From: an uncultured virus (IMG/VR IMGVR_UViG_3300045999_004337)
Taxonomy: Duplodnaviria > Heunggongvirae > Uroviricota > Caudoviricetes
IMG/VR virus record: IMGVR_UViG_3300045999_004337
Reading direction: 5' to 3' (one strand)
DNA: 63,371 bases
A program made the position numbers and the translations under genes. The first letter of the stretch is position 1, and each line of letters starts with the position of its first letter. The notes below the pieces were generated by a model that was not told the origin of the DNA, ran no database searches, and saw only the letters and a list, made by a program, of their open reading frames with translations. Below are positions 10,240-20,700 of this stretch, one piece after another.

Positions 10240-11289
10240 TCAGATCAGCGAATTCAGTACGTTGGACAGATTGAAGTTCAAGTATGCAGAGAATGACCCG
10301 GTGAATGTCCTAGCACCGCTGAAATCCTCGGGTGGGTATAGCCATGTTGGTGGCTTTACCGAGGTATAGCAATCCCTGTTCTGCGTGAGCAGGAGTGTCA
10401 GTGTAGATGTATCCGGAGCGGTATTTGGAAATGCCGATGCTGGACCGCCACCACCTGAAATGAGAGCGTTCCAATCGGTCGAATGGCTTCTTGGAACAAA
10501 CCTGTAACTGGCTGGTGCGTCCTCGAAGAGATTGAATGCTCCGTTCACTGGATTGAGTGGACTGTATACCGCCAACCCACCCCCGCCTCCGCTTATCTGA
10601 GACCACATGAACGATATTGGATTATTGTTGAGCAATGATCCGCTCAGACCAGAAATCGCAGATCTGCTCGACAGTGATGTGCTGTTGTTGGAGCAGAAGG
10701 AGTTTTTCTCGCTATGGAAATGAGTCGGTACTCTCTGTGCGGCTGGATCGAAGTTAGCCCATACGACAGTCATGCTGTCGAAGTTGGTCGGATCGAATGT
10801 CGAGCATCTGGAAACCAGCACACCTGTCAAGACGGGGAATACTGAAGCGCATCTAGTCACCAGCAAGGAAGAGGACGCTGCTGCGGAGAAGTTCTGATCG
10901 GACACCGAAGCCACGGATGAATCCAGACGCATCCGCGAACTTCCTAGACAGACGAAACCACGGAGAGCAGCATACGAGCAACAGTTGCTGGACACCATGG
11001 TCGATGTGTTTCTTGACGCAAACGAGGTCAATCTCGTAAAGACCGCCACCGACGAGTTGCAGATAATGGTGGATGATTCGGATGCCACATATGCGCTTCC
11101 TGTGGCTAGATGCAAATCCTCTATGCTGTATTCATAGGTGGTTGGACCGTCACCGTTTCCGATTACTGGTCCATCGCCGTCTCCACCCGGATCTACAGTG
11201 ACGGGGTCGTTGCCGATATCATCTCCGGTTCCTTGATTCGGATTACCGCCCCCTCCTTCAAAAACCGTTATGGGAGGAATTGATGACAT
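10240..11289 (-). CDS. Putative structural/fibre-associated protein
   Basis: Own GGAG SD; low-complexity G/D/P N-terminus followed by Ser/Cys-rich beta-helix-like repeats; within the fibre cluster. Confidence 0.6.
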   Translation of the reverse strand: MSSIPPITVFEGGGGNPNQGTGDDIGNDPVTVDPGGDGDGPVIGNGDGPTTYEYSIEDLHLATGSAYVASESSTIICNSSVAVFTRLTSFASRNTSTMVSSNCCSYAALRGFVCLGSSRMRLDSSVASVSDQNFSAAASSSLLVTRCASVFPVLTGVLVSRCSTFDPTNFDSMTVVWANFDPAAQRVPTHFHSEKNSFCSNNSTSLSSRSAISGLSGSLLNNNPISFMWSQISGGGGGLAVYSPLNPVNGAFNLFEDAPASYRFVPRSHSTDWNALISGGGGPASAFPNTAPDTSTLTLLLTQNRDCYTSVKPPTWLYPPEDFSGARTFTGSFSAYLNFNLSNVLNSLI

Positions 11290-11310
11290 TCGTGTTCTCC
11301 TTCGGTGGCG

Positions 11311-13119
11311 TTACTGTTGCAGAGCATTTGATCCCTCTAGAGTTCCGGCTTTGACCGCAATTGTGAGATTCTTGTCTCTCGGATCCCAATCCCACACCGT
11401 TCCCTTGATCCTACCATCGGGAGTGTCGAATGTCTGTCCTGGAACAAAAGAGTTGAAGGACAAGGTGGAACCTGCTTCTATCAACCTTATCCTGACCAAG
11501 GATTGTCCGACAAACGAGGTGAAGCATCTTTCGGCTACCATTGTCGAAGTGTTGATGGATGCAAAACCCGATTCAGCCATTCCCGTACAGACACTTCCGA
11601 TGGTCTTCACCACTGAACCCTTGTTAGCCACCACTCCATAGGAACAGTTGGATGCCACAAGAGTACCGAGCAAAACATTAGCCCCAGAGTCCGCGTAGAA
11701 ACCAACGTGGAAGTCCTTGACACCGACACTGTACAAAAGACCATCGACGAAACCATCTGGCTCATTTGCCACCGAAAATCCCAAGTCTCCACCAGAGCAG
11801 TATATCGCGCACTTGTTGCTGTAGCCTTCGTGGGCTGTGCCTATCAACTTCCAGTGAGACGGCATTCCCCTTCCGTCGAAGAAGATGTTGCTGATGTTCC
11901 GCAATCCACCAGATCCGATTCGTAGTATGTTTCCGAAACGCCTGAAGACGGTAGGTATCAGGGTCACGGTGATCATATTGGTATTCACCGTTCCCCAAGA
12001 AGCGGAAGCACCTGCCCCACAGACTCCGTTTACCATGACATGTTCATGGTAGTGAGGTCCGTACTTGTGGGGATCGTTCAAGAAGGTGTTTGCAGCGCCG
12101 GTGGCAGAATACCAACCGGTGTACTCGTTGTTGTCCGTGTAGAATATCCACTTGAACTCTGCCGTCTTCCCGCTTAGGGACGAGTTCGGAAACGAAGCAC
12201 CCGAGAAGTTGCTGGTCGCTCCAGATGGAATCCCGCTCTTCAGTGGAGTTCCATAGTATCCCACGGGTACACTGCTCATGTAGTGACCCTTGATCCATGA
12301 ACCGTTGTATGTGGCAACCTGCTGCAACCAAGCATTGTTCTGTAGTTCATTCAAGTCCGATGGTCCAGTGTACGAACCAGAGATGAAAGATACCCCCGTC
12401 TGAGCATTTCCGTAAAATCTGCCCCACTTGTCGGACGATCCGTTGGGTATGCTGAACCAGTCATCGCGTATGGTTGACGATACCGACAGAAGTCCAAATG
12501 AAACGCCGGACAGAGAGTGCGCTCCCAAGATCGATCCTTGGCGGGCAATGTTGTTTCTTGGGGTTGTGGGATACGCCGCGTAGTGGTTCGTCGGGTTGTA
12601 TTCGTCGGTGAACTTTAGGTCGTAGTCTTGGACGATCACGCCAGTGCCGACCTGGCTGTTGTTTATGCCGTTGGAGGCGGTTATGGTTTCGTACTGGGTA
12701 CTGGTGCTGTACCTGACGCACGACATCGTGATTCCGTGCTTTACGCCAGAATAGTACTTGGCATATCCGGGTGCGGTAAATCCGGTGGTGATGTAGTCCT
12801 GAACGTACTGAAGAATGAGTACTTCCGGTCTTGCCCCAACGAAAGCAACGCGATTTCCCTGATCGTGGTTCATCTCAATCGGCTCTTCCAGATCGTAGAT
12901 GCCGCCAGCAAAGTTCACCGTCACGAATCCACTGTCGGTTATCTGCTTGTCGGACAACCACTGCATTGCCCGCTTTGGGGTTCGGAAGGGAGAACCTTCT
13001 TCGGTTCCCGTGTTGAGAACATCATCGCCGGTTGGACTGACATACAGCGAAACCTTGGTGGTTATCGCCACCCTGATTCCGGTTTCTGCCGATACCCTAT
13101 GTGCCGAAAACTGAGACAT
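11311..13119 (-). CDS. Putative tail fibre/spike with right-handed beta-helix-like region
   Basis: LYVSPTGDD...GTEEGSPFRT motif common at the start of pectin-lyase-like domains; C-terminal beta-helix-like repeats. Confidence 0.65.
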   Translation of the reverse strand: MSQFSAHRVSAETGIRVAITTKVSLYVSPTGDDVLNTGTEEGSPFRTPKRAMQWLSDKQITDSGFVTVNFAGGIYDLEEPIEMNHDQGNRVAFVGARPEVLILQYVQDYITTGFTAPGYAKYYSGVKHGITMSCVRYSTSTQYETITASNGINNSQVGTGVIVQDYDLKFTDEYNPTNHYAAYPTTPRNNIARQGSILGAHSLSGVSFGLLSVSSTIRDDWFSIPNGSSDKWGRFYGNAQTGVSFISGSYTGPSDLNELQNNAWLQQVATYNGSWIKGHYMSSVPVGYYGTPLKSGIPSGATSNFSGASFPNSSLSGKTAEFKWIFYTDNNEYTGWYSATGAANTFLNDPHKYGPHYHEHVMVNGVCGAGASASWGTVNTNMITVTLIPTVFRRFGNILRIGSGGLRNISNIFFDGRGMPSHWKLIGTAHEGYSNKCAIYCSGGDLGFSVANEPDGFVDGLLYSVGVKDFHVGFYADSGANVLLGTLVASNCSYGVVANKGSVVKTIGSVCTGMAESGFASINTSTMVAERCFTSFVGQSLVRIRLIEAGSTLSFNSFVPGQTFDTPDGRIKGTVWDWDPRDKNLTIAVKAGTLEGSNALQQ

Positions 13120-13130
13120 TTACTCTCCCT

Positions 13131-14951
13131 TTAGACTGCGGTTCCGCCGCCATACACGACTATGTTCAGATACTGGAAGTTGTCGCTGTGGGTAGCACCG
13201 ATTATGTCGTAGACCTGAACTCCGAAGGTAAGTCCTCCGTAGTTGTAGGAGTTTGCGACAAACATCTGCGTTAGTCCGGACCCAGACTTGGCGACAGTAG
13301 CCTCGACTATGTATTTCGTCTGATCGGCTGTGCCAAGATCGAACAGTAGGTCATGACTGAAGATGTAGTTGCCTTTCGACGCATAGGAAACACCCCACGC
13401 ACCGTATCCTGCGTCGATTGTGCATCCCGCTCCCGGTGTGGATCTCGCCCATCTCTTGGCTGTGTTCTTGGCTACTACCACCCCGCCGCCAGAAGGACCG
13501 AGTTTGTACAACTTGGCATACGAATCCTTCCTCGTCTTGATGATCCAGTAGACCACGACATGCTGAGGAACATTGTTGTGCGGCGAGTTGCCTCCGGCGT
13601 TTCCAATCGACGCTGTCACATTGGGGGTAAGGTTGTTCGTGCTTACCGAAATGGTTCCAGTCACCGAATGCGAATGCGAACCAGCATTTGGCAACGCGCT
13701 AGAACTGCCTCCAACGGTTCTAACAACGCTGTCTGGTCCACCTAGGTCAAGGTCTATGTTTGTTTCATTGAACAAAGAGTGGTTGTGTGCTCCAGCGACA
13801 CTTGTCGTTAGGTTGTGGCTTACGGAAACATTGCCAGTAAGCGATGCGCTCACGGAAATCGGATGACCGTGTATCGGCAGTTCGTTTACTTGCAGTGAAT
13901 GACGTTCCTCACCACCAAGAAGTCCTATGGTGTACGATCCAAAAGCCGAGTTTTCTTGACCGGTCAATCCTCTGGAAGACCCGATGAGGAATCTTGCCCG
14001 CATGTCTGGCTTCTTGAGCCTAACTTTTGGATTGACCGCGCTGCTAACGCTGTAGAACGTACTTGTCTGAGACCCGTTCTCCAGGTAGATTCTTCCCTGG
14101 TCGCCAAGAACGAGTTGACTGTTGTGATAGGTTCCGTTGACCAGCAATGGGTCCACCAAGACTTCCGCCGTCAGGTTGTTTCCGGTCACGGCGACCGACA
14201 AAAAGGTACACCTGAACTCGCTGTTCAGTCCTGCCTTTGATACGAAGAAATACGATCCAATGAGTTGGTTGTCCGGTATGATCGTTCCATTTGTTTTGGT
14301 CATGGTGATCTGCTGGGTAAACCCGTAGATCGATCCACTGTTCAGCGATGCATGAAGATCGGAATAACTTGAGATCGGCAGCAAACCACCATCGCAGATG
14401 TCCCATCCAGCAGGAACATCTCCTGTGTTTCCAGCAAAGGCTATCACCGAACCAACGGGCTGTATGTCGCTGAGATCAACCGTGGAGTCTCCGCTGATCC
14501 TGGTCGATTGACCGTTCACGACGATACCATCTACAGTTCCAAGTGTGGGAGATGTGTCGTCCGTGGTTCCTGTCGTGATGATGACGGGCTTGATGACGCT
14601 AGCGGGATTGCTTGGCGCAGTAGTGGTCAACTTGCCCTTCTGTGTGTCGGACAGGTAGAATATCTGCGCTCCCGTGGATCCCGCGATAGTTGACATCAGG
14701 CTATCGGGAAGAGAGATCTCACCCGAATAGACCACGGTCACATCGTTGGATGTTATGGACTCGATGACACCAACGAATGCAGCGTTTGCCTCGCTGTTAG
14801 CCTGTGCAAGCAGATACTTGTCGTCCTGTGGATCATAGCGGATGACATCGCCAACGGCAAAGACATCAGCCGTGACTCCTGCCATGTCTATCTTATTGCG
14901 CACGGAGCGGACATCCGCTAGTGCTACTGGATCGAATGCGCTAGTTCCCAT
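13131..14951 (-). CDS. Tail collar domain fibre protein (gp12-like)
   Basis: PVGSVIAFAG..VPAGWDICDG, PDMRARFLIG, GGEERHSL..ELPIHGH, HxH motifs, PHNNVPQ..VYWIIK. Confidence 0.85.
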   Translation of the reverse strand: MGTSAFDPVALADVRSVRNKIDMAGVTADVFAVGDVIRYDPQDDKYLLAQANSEANAAFVGVIESITSNDVTVVYSGEISLPDSLMSTIAGSTGAQIFYLSDTQKGKLTTTAPSNPASVIKPVIITTGTTDDTSPTLGTVDGIVVNGQSTRISGDSTVDLSDIQPVGSVIAFAGNTGDVPAGWDICDGGLLPISSYSDLHASLNSGSIYGFTQQITMTKTNGTIIPDNQLIGSYFFVSKAGLNSEFRCTFLSVAVTGNNLTAEVLVDPLLVNGTYHNSQLVLGDQGRIYLENGSQTSTFYSVSSAVNPKVRLKKPDMRARFLIGSSRGLTGQENSAFGSYTIGLLGGEERHSLQVNELPIHGHPISVSASLTGNVSVSHNLTTSVAGAHNHSLFNETNIDLDLGGPDSVVRTVGGSSSALPNAGSHSHSVTGTISVSTNNLTPNVTASIGNAGGNSPHNNVPQHVVVYWIIKTRKDSYAKLYKLGPSGGGVVVAKNTAKRWARSTPGAGCTIDAGYGAWGVSYASKGNYIFSHDLLFDLGTADQTKYIVEATVAKSGSGLTQMFVANSYNYGGLTFGVQVYDIIGATHSDNFQYLNIVVYGGGTAV

Positions 14952-14960
14952 TTATGCTCC

Positions 14961-17519
14961 TCAGAGTTCCGATTCCACTTCGTAGTTGACTTCCATGCTT
15001 CCTGCGCTCTTGGTTGCCTTGAATCCCTTGCTGGATTGAGTTATGGCTCCGCTCCATGAAGGAAGACCCTTGATCGTAACCTGAGATGTGGATGCATCCC
15101 GTATCTCAACCGGATATCTGACTACAATGGTTCCTCCATCGACAGGAATGGAGTCGGCATTGCTTGCATTCGCGCCTCCGTTGACGATGTTCCTGAACGG
15201 AGATGCTGCGTTAGTCGTCTGATAGTAGCGAAGGCAACGCTCGTAGTCCGTCTGAGGGTCGTTGAGTTCAAACGGAGAAGCAGCCTGTCCCTGCTCAAGT
15301 TGCACCTGAGAGATGTATATGCTGTAGGACGGGGCGTTCGCTATGTTCGGGTTGATTTCCTCAGCCACATCCGTTCCTACCCTAGTGGATCCACCACGGA
15401 GGAAGAACCTGATTTCGGGACCATCCGTCCCCGAAGCACCGACAAGACCGAACTTGCTGTCGGGAAGGGCAAAGGTGTGCGTGAACTTAGCCCATTGGGT
15501 TGGTAGGCTGACCACGAAACCCTTTTCCTTCTGTGAGTTTGGCTCTATTCCCGTCACCGCGTAGTCTGGTGCGGTTCCTCCACCGAAGTCCCTTCGGAAG
15601 GACACGCCTAGTTTGGCATTTGCCACGGTAGCCTTTGCATAGAAGGAGATCGTGGCATATCCGCTTGGAAGGTTCTCTATTCCCTCTACCCGCTGATAGA
15701 GATATGTCTCCGATCCAGATGTGTGTCCACCCGTTCCGATTGCAAACTCTAGGGCATGACGGGAATAGACATTGGAATCCGAAAACTCCCCAAGCATGAG
15801 GGGATACCTGTTCACGGAGACATTCAGCCTGTCGGCGGTTGTTCCACCCGTGTTCACCATCTTCCACCTGTCGGCGGTGTAACGGTCTGGCTCGCTCACG
15901 GGGTTTCTGAACGGGAATGTGGTTCCCCTCTGCCAGAAGTCGAAGTTTCCGTTTATCAACTTGTTCTTGAAGCCTGAGTCGAACTCCGGAATCTCTATGC
16001 TGGAGCCGCTTCCGACATTGCTCGTCATGACGAGACCGACATAGTTCTGCACGATTCCGCTCGTAGGAGTGACCGCGACGAGCATCGGCTTCCTGACGGT
16101 GTTGACCGTGGAGGGCGGCGTGGTTACGAGCGTTCCTTCCTCCGTGCCGAGGAAGTAGACCGATCCTGGAGTCATCGGGGCATACGGTGCTGCCCCCAGT
16201 TCGATGTATCCTGAGATGGTCATCAACGAGGCAGCGGAGTTTCCTCCGTAGTTGGTCTTGGAGATGATTCCAAGAGCCTCTGCCAACTCGCTTGTGCTGG
16301 CTGATGCCTTGACGTAGGAACCAAAAGGTCTGTCCGATGCCGTGAGACCTTCCTCGAATCTGACTGCATCACCCACCGAAAAGAAGTTGGGTGGGTGCTT
16401 GACCACTACCGTGGATGCGTTCAGTCTTGAGAACAGGGAGTCTATGTCCACTATCTTGTTGCCGACATAGTTCATCACCATCGCCTGTGTTGCGCCGAGC
16501 GCATAGAGGATGGGCTTCCTGACGAATCCGGTGGTGGTCGGTGCGTTCTTGGTGATCTTGCCCGCCTCTGACTCGGAGAGGAAGTAGAACTCTCCCGTCC
16601 CTAGGGACGATGCTCCGTCCGAAGAAGCGATGGCGTTTGCAAAGTTTCCGCTGACATAGCCAAGCATGTTGACATCCACGAAGTTCTGCGTGGTGTTCAG
16701 GTTGACGGCAATGCCCATGGATTCGGCATTGAAGACCGTGTTAGCCTGAGCCTTGGTGATTCCTCCGGTGGTCGCATCGTGCCTGATGACCATTCCGAAT
16801 GTAAGACCGATGCCAGTGATACCACCTGCGGGAACCGAGAAACGCCTGACCAGTGATCCGTTGATGAGTCTGGTGGAACCATCGCTTCCGATGGAGATGT
16901 TTTCGTATGTGGTTCCTGCAAAGTTGCTTTCGACCGAGATGGTAGAGCCGGAATGCGTCGATGTCAGGCTACTCGCAGACGCGCTTCCGTCTCCACCGAA
17001 GAAGAACTTGTTGTCCTTGGAGTAGAACTTTGCTGCTCCCGTGAACGCTATGGGATCGCTGATTCTCCATGCTGGGAATGTCTTGCCGTCATCGAATGCC
17101 TTCCACAGGAAGTATTTGTCTCCGCAAGCGCCAGCGATTATGATGCCACCGCCACCTGCGTTGCTGATTACGGTGTCCGATGTTCCACCGGTGGCTCCGC
17201 TGGAACCGACAGCACCCAGAACCAGGTTGTAGTCGTCGATTGTGACCAGATTGCTGTTGACCGTGGTCACGGTTCCGTTGAATGTGATGTTTCCGGTGAA
17301 TGTATGGTTTCCTGGAACGATCTCCTCCAGGAATGCCACTGCCACTCCGTCCGTCTGCTGAATGATTCCGACTCCAGTCGCTCCCTGCAACTGGTACACC
17401 TTGATGCGGTTCAACTTGTCGATGATCTCGGTGTTGGTCAGCGTATACCACTCGTACATCGTGTCCGACAATGTCAGTTGAGGTATGATGTATGTGCTGT
17501 CTGCTGGACCTGTCGGCAT
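14961..17519 (-). CDS. Tail fibre-like protein
   Basis: Two repeated YFLS..GK/TL.TT.P..VRKP modules; KNKLINGNFDFWQRG...YTADRW and QVQLEQG..ASPFE...RCLRYYQ fibre domain. Confidence 0.8.
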   Translation of the reverse strand: MPTGPADSTYIIPQLTLSDTMYEWYTLTNTEIIDKLNRIKVYQLQGATGVGIIQQTDGVAVAFLEEIVPGNHTFTGNITFNGTVTTVNSNLVTIDDYNLVLGAVGSSGATGGTSDTVISNAGGGGIIIAGACGDKYFLWKAFDDGKTFPAWRISDPIAFTGAAKFYSKDNKFFFGGDGSASASSLTSTHSGSTISVESNFAGTTYENISIGSDGSTRLINGSLVRRFSVPAGGITGIGLTFGMVIRHDATTGGITKAQANTVFNAESMGIAVNLNTTQNFVDVNMLGYVSGNFANAIASSDGASSLGTGEFYFLSESEAGKITKNAPTTTGFVRKPILYALGATQAMVMNYVGNKIVDIDSLFSRLNASTVVVKHPPNFFSVGDAVRFEEGLTASDRPFGSYVKASASTSELAEALGIISKTNYGGNSAASLMTISGYIELGAAPYAPMTPGSVYFLGTEEGTLVTTPPSTVNTVRKPMLVAVTPTSGIVQNYVGLVMTSNVGSGSSIEIPEFDSGFKNKLINGNFDFWQRGTTFPFRNPVSEPDRYTADRWKMVNTGGTTADRLNVSVNRYPLMLGEFSDSNVYSRHALEFAIGTGGHTSGSETYLYQRVEGIENLPSGYATISFYAKATVANAKLGVSFRRDFGGGTAPDYAVTGIEPNSQKEKGFVVSLPTQWAKFTHTFALPDSKFGLVGASGTDGPEIRFFLRGGSTRVGTDVAEEINPNIANAPSYSIYISQVQLEQGQAASPFELNDPQTDYERCLRYYQTTNAASPFRNIVNGGANASNADSIPVDGGTIVVRYPVEIRDASTSQVTIKGLPSWSGAITQSSKGFKATKSAGSMEVNYEVESEL

Positions 17520-17520
17520 C

Positions 17521-17700
17521 TCAGTTTCCCTCTTCCAGATCGCGGATTCTGCTCTTCAGACTATCTATCTCGTCCCTCATAGCCCGCAACTCGTCCTGAA
17601 CCGTCCTGCGGAACATCAGTTCCCTCTCCTTTTCGGGATTGCTGATGATGAGTGCGCCTGATACCCTGTCGCGGGAGAACTGATGCTGTGAGTTTTTCAT
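17521..17700 (-). CDS. Small coiled-coil protein following the large structural gene
   Basis: MKNSQHQFSRDRVSGALII...EIDSLKSRI; ATGA overlap with upstream stop. Confidence 0.7.
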   Translation of the reverse strand: MKNSQHQFSRDRVSGALIISNPEKERELMFRRTVQDELRAMRDEIDSLKSRIRDLEEGN

Positions 17701-20700
17701 TGGACTGCCACCACCCTGAGATTCTTGACGACGGGAACCCGTGTCTTGTCGTTGCTGTACATGCACACCTTGACTAGGAAAACATTGAACGGATTCGAGG
17801 GAACAAGCGTATACGATGCCTCCCTGAAGTCGTATGGATTGGTCGAGTTCTTGAACTGACCGCCAGCAAAGAACTCTCCCGTAGAGTCGAGAGTCATGAG
17901 TTGATATCCCGTGTCTCCCAGTTCCCTGTTCACCTTGCTGGAATCGATGGTCTTGGCAAACACGCGAATGAATGAGTTCGGAGGGATGTTCGCGCTGAGG
18001 AACACCTTGAGTTCCGTTCCCTTGAGGTCACCGGGAATCGTGCTGTACTTGGTGATGTATCTCGCGGTGTCGTCTCCCTCCACGGAAGAGACATCCTGCT
18101 GTGCCACAGCCGTGCTGTGGGACACGCCCCGCCTTGGGCGGTTCTTGGGGTTCCTGCTGGGCTGTCCCGACACCGCAGCCTGTTCGACCGTGGTCTCGCT
18201 GCCGACGCTGTTCACGATGTATTCCACCGCGATCAGGTTCGACCTGTCCATGTCGATCATGAATGTGCCGATGGATTCGTCGGTCTTTCCGATGGTGAAC
18301 TCCACGAACGCCGTGGCTGTGGTGTCGAAGTCGAAGGAATTCTTCAGGGGAATGCTGCGACCGTTGACCATCCTGTATGTCGATGACCCAAGCGTGATTT
18401 CATTGCTGATCGATATGTCCGATGGAGCGAACATGAAGATGTTCGGCTGAACTATGCTGACCTCGTTGATGCCGTCTCCCGTGATTCCGACCTGTAGGTT
18501 GAAAGGATCAGCCCTCTGGAAGTTGCAGCGATAGAGGCTGAACATGAGGTCTGTGTTGGAGTCGCCAGAGACCTCGGAGTCGTTCTGTGAACGGAACAAC
18601 GCGCCCTTCTGGAAGGTCGAGGATATCCTCTCGTCCGTCTCTATGTCGGTCTCTCCGATGTTAGCCACGAACACGGTGTAGTTCTGGCTGTTGGTCGAGA
18701 TCAGTATCGCATACTCGCCTGGTGCAAGGAACACTGGAGTGCTGAACTTGAAGTTCGTAGCCGCTGGCGATGCCTCGTCCACGGTCAGTTCGGATGGCTT
18801 CTTGGTGACGGTGCTGAACGGCAGTATGACCGATGTGTGCGGAAGCCCGTTGATGACTGGGCATAGTTCGACCGTGATGGGAAGTTCCGCATCTGCCGTG
18901 GCAATGTGGATGTCAACGCTCTCGGCAAAGAACCCGTTGGGGTACAGGTCTTCGTTGACCTCGAATGTCTGAGCCAGCGGATCGATCCACTGGTTGTATC
19001 TGACCGTGTTGAGGTTCTTCTTTCTGTAGAGGGGAGTTGACACTACCTTGTTGCTGTTCGGTGTCTGCTTCCTTATCTCGGGATCGCGGATGGCGACGAC
19101 GCTGAGGTTCTTGCTTTCCCTGATGCCTGAGCATTGGAAGGAAGCCTCGGCAATAGTTGTGGCATTCTCGATGTCGTTCGAGGCATCATCGACGACTCGG
19201 ATTATCTTCTCGCCAACCGTGAACAGACCCGCTGGAATGTTCATGTTGACGGACATCAGCGACCCATCGACCGCATTGGTCATGAACGGACCACTTGCCC
19301 CATTCATGGTGCAGTAGGCATTCATGTTCACATTGTCCATGAAGACATGAACCTGTGTGCCGGGCTTTAGGTTCACGACATCGAACTTTACCGTGTTGTC
19401 TCGGACGAATGGAACCACGCTCTTGTTGACAAGCGTGTCGGTTGCCACTTCGTTGTAGTAACCCTTCCTGCGGAAGTCGGTGCGGTAGATTCCACGCGAG
19501 GATGCCGTGTCGTCAACCTTCCTGGACACGGCATCGTTGTCGAACCACTTGTTCTCGGCAGAGTTGGACTGCTTTGCCATGCGGCTTCTTGAGAAGAAGT
19601 ATGCGTTTCTCTCGCTCTCCGCGTCCGTAAGTTCGACCGACAGCCCCGTCCACAGGCTCTCCCAATCGTTCCACTGCGAACCGTGACCGCTGTACGAGTT
19701 CATCGTTCCGACGAGCCAGGCATCGTTCACGCCTCCGTCGTTGACCCTCACCACCGGTCGCCTCGACTTGTCGTACCAGAAGTCTGCGTGGGGATAGACC
19801 TTCATGCTGCCCACCCAGTTGGGAAGACCGAAGGGATTCACCCGAACAGCCTTGCTAGCCTTGGACTGAGTGACCACGGGATCGGTGTTCCGCGTGAAGA
19901 CCTCGCAGAGAATGTTGTCCTTCGTCAGGGTTATGCCCTGAGCGGACGGAGCGATGAAGTCGTAGGCATGGGAATCGAACGATGGTCTGAGTTCCCCGCG
20001 CTCCACATCGATTGAGCATCGGTGGTCATCGCTCACCACATCGGCTACTGAGTGACCGACGAATGTATCGACCAGCACTGCCCTCTTGATGGCATCCTGA
20101 CCGTTCGTCTTGACGATGTCCTTGGAGACCACGCTGAGTTCCACATCGGTCAGCACGGCATGCTGCTCAAGTTCGTCGATGCGGCGAGACATCGTCCCGA
20201 TGTCCTTCATCGTGAACCTGTCGTTTCCGATGCTTTCAGCCTTGATGTCGGTGGGATTGAATGTATATGCCGGTACGCTCAACACGAAGAGGGTCATCGA
20301 GTCCGATGTGTCCTCGGGAACAACTGGCGAATCGCTGGCGATTCCGCCCACCCTCTGCAATGTTGTGACTTCTCCGTCAGCCGCTATGTTGCGGGAAACG
20401 ACGATCTTGTCGATCCGTGGAAGATACGCATCGTGGTCGCTTGCAATGCTGGACTGAATGGGAGCGAACCCGTTTGAGTAGTTGATGAGCGGTCGGTTGT
20501 ACTGGTTTGGAACCGACGATCCGGATGAACCAAGCGTGTTTCCAGAGTAGAAGCCGATTATCTTGGCGATTGGACGGTAGTCAACCGCATTCGCAAGATG
20601 CACCGAGTTCCCCGTATGCGGATCCGTGTAGACGGGGATCTGGTCGTATGAGAGTCCGAGGTAGGAGTCTCGGACGAAAGGACCATATCCGCTGTGATCG

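Noticed and set aside
10240..13119. One fibre gene broken by a nonsense mutation
   Set aside because: The downstream ORF has its own SD and a distinct low-complexity N-terminus; treated as two genes, although homolog comparison is needed
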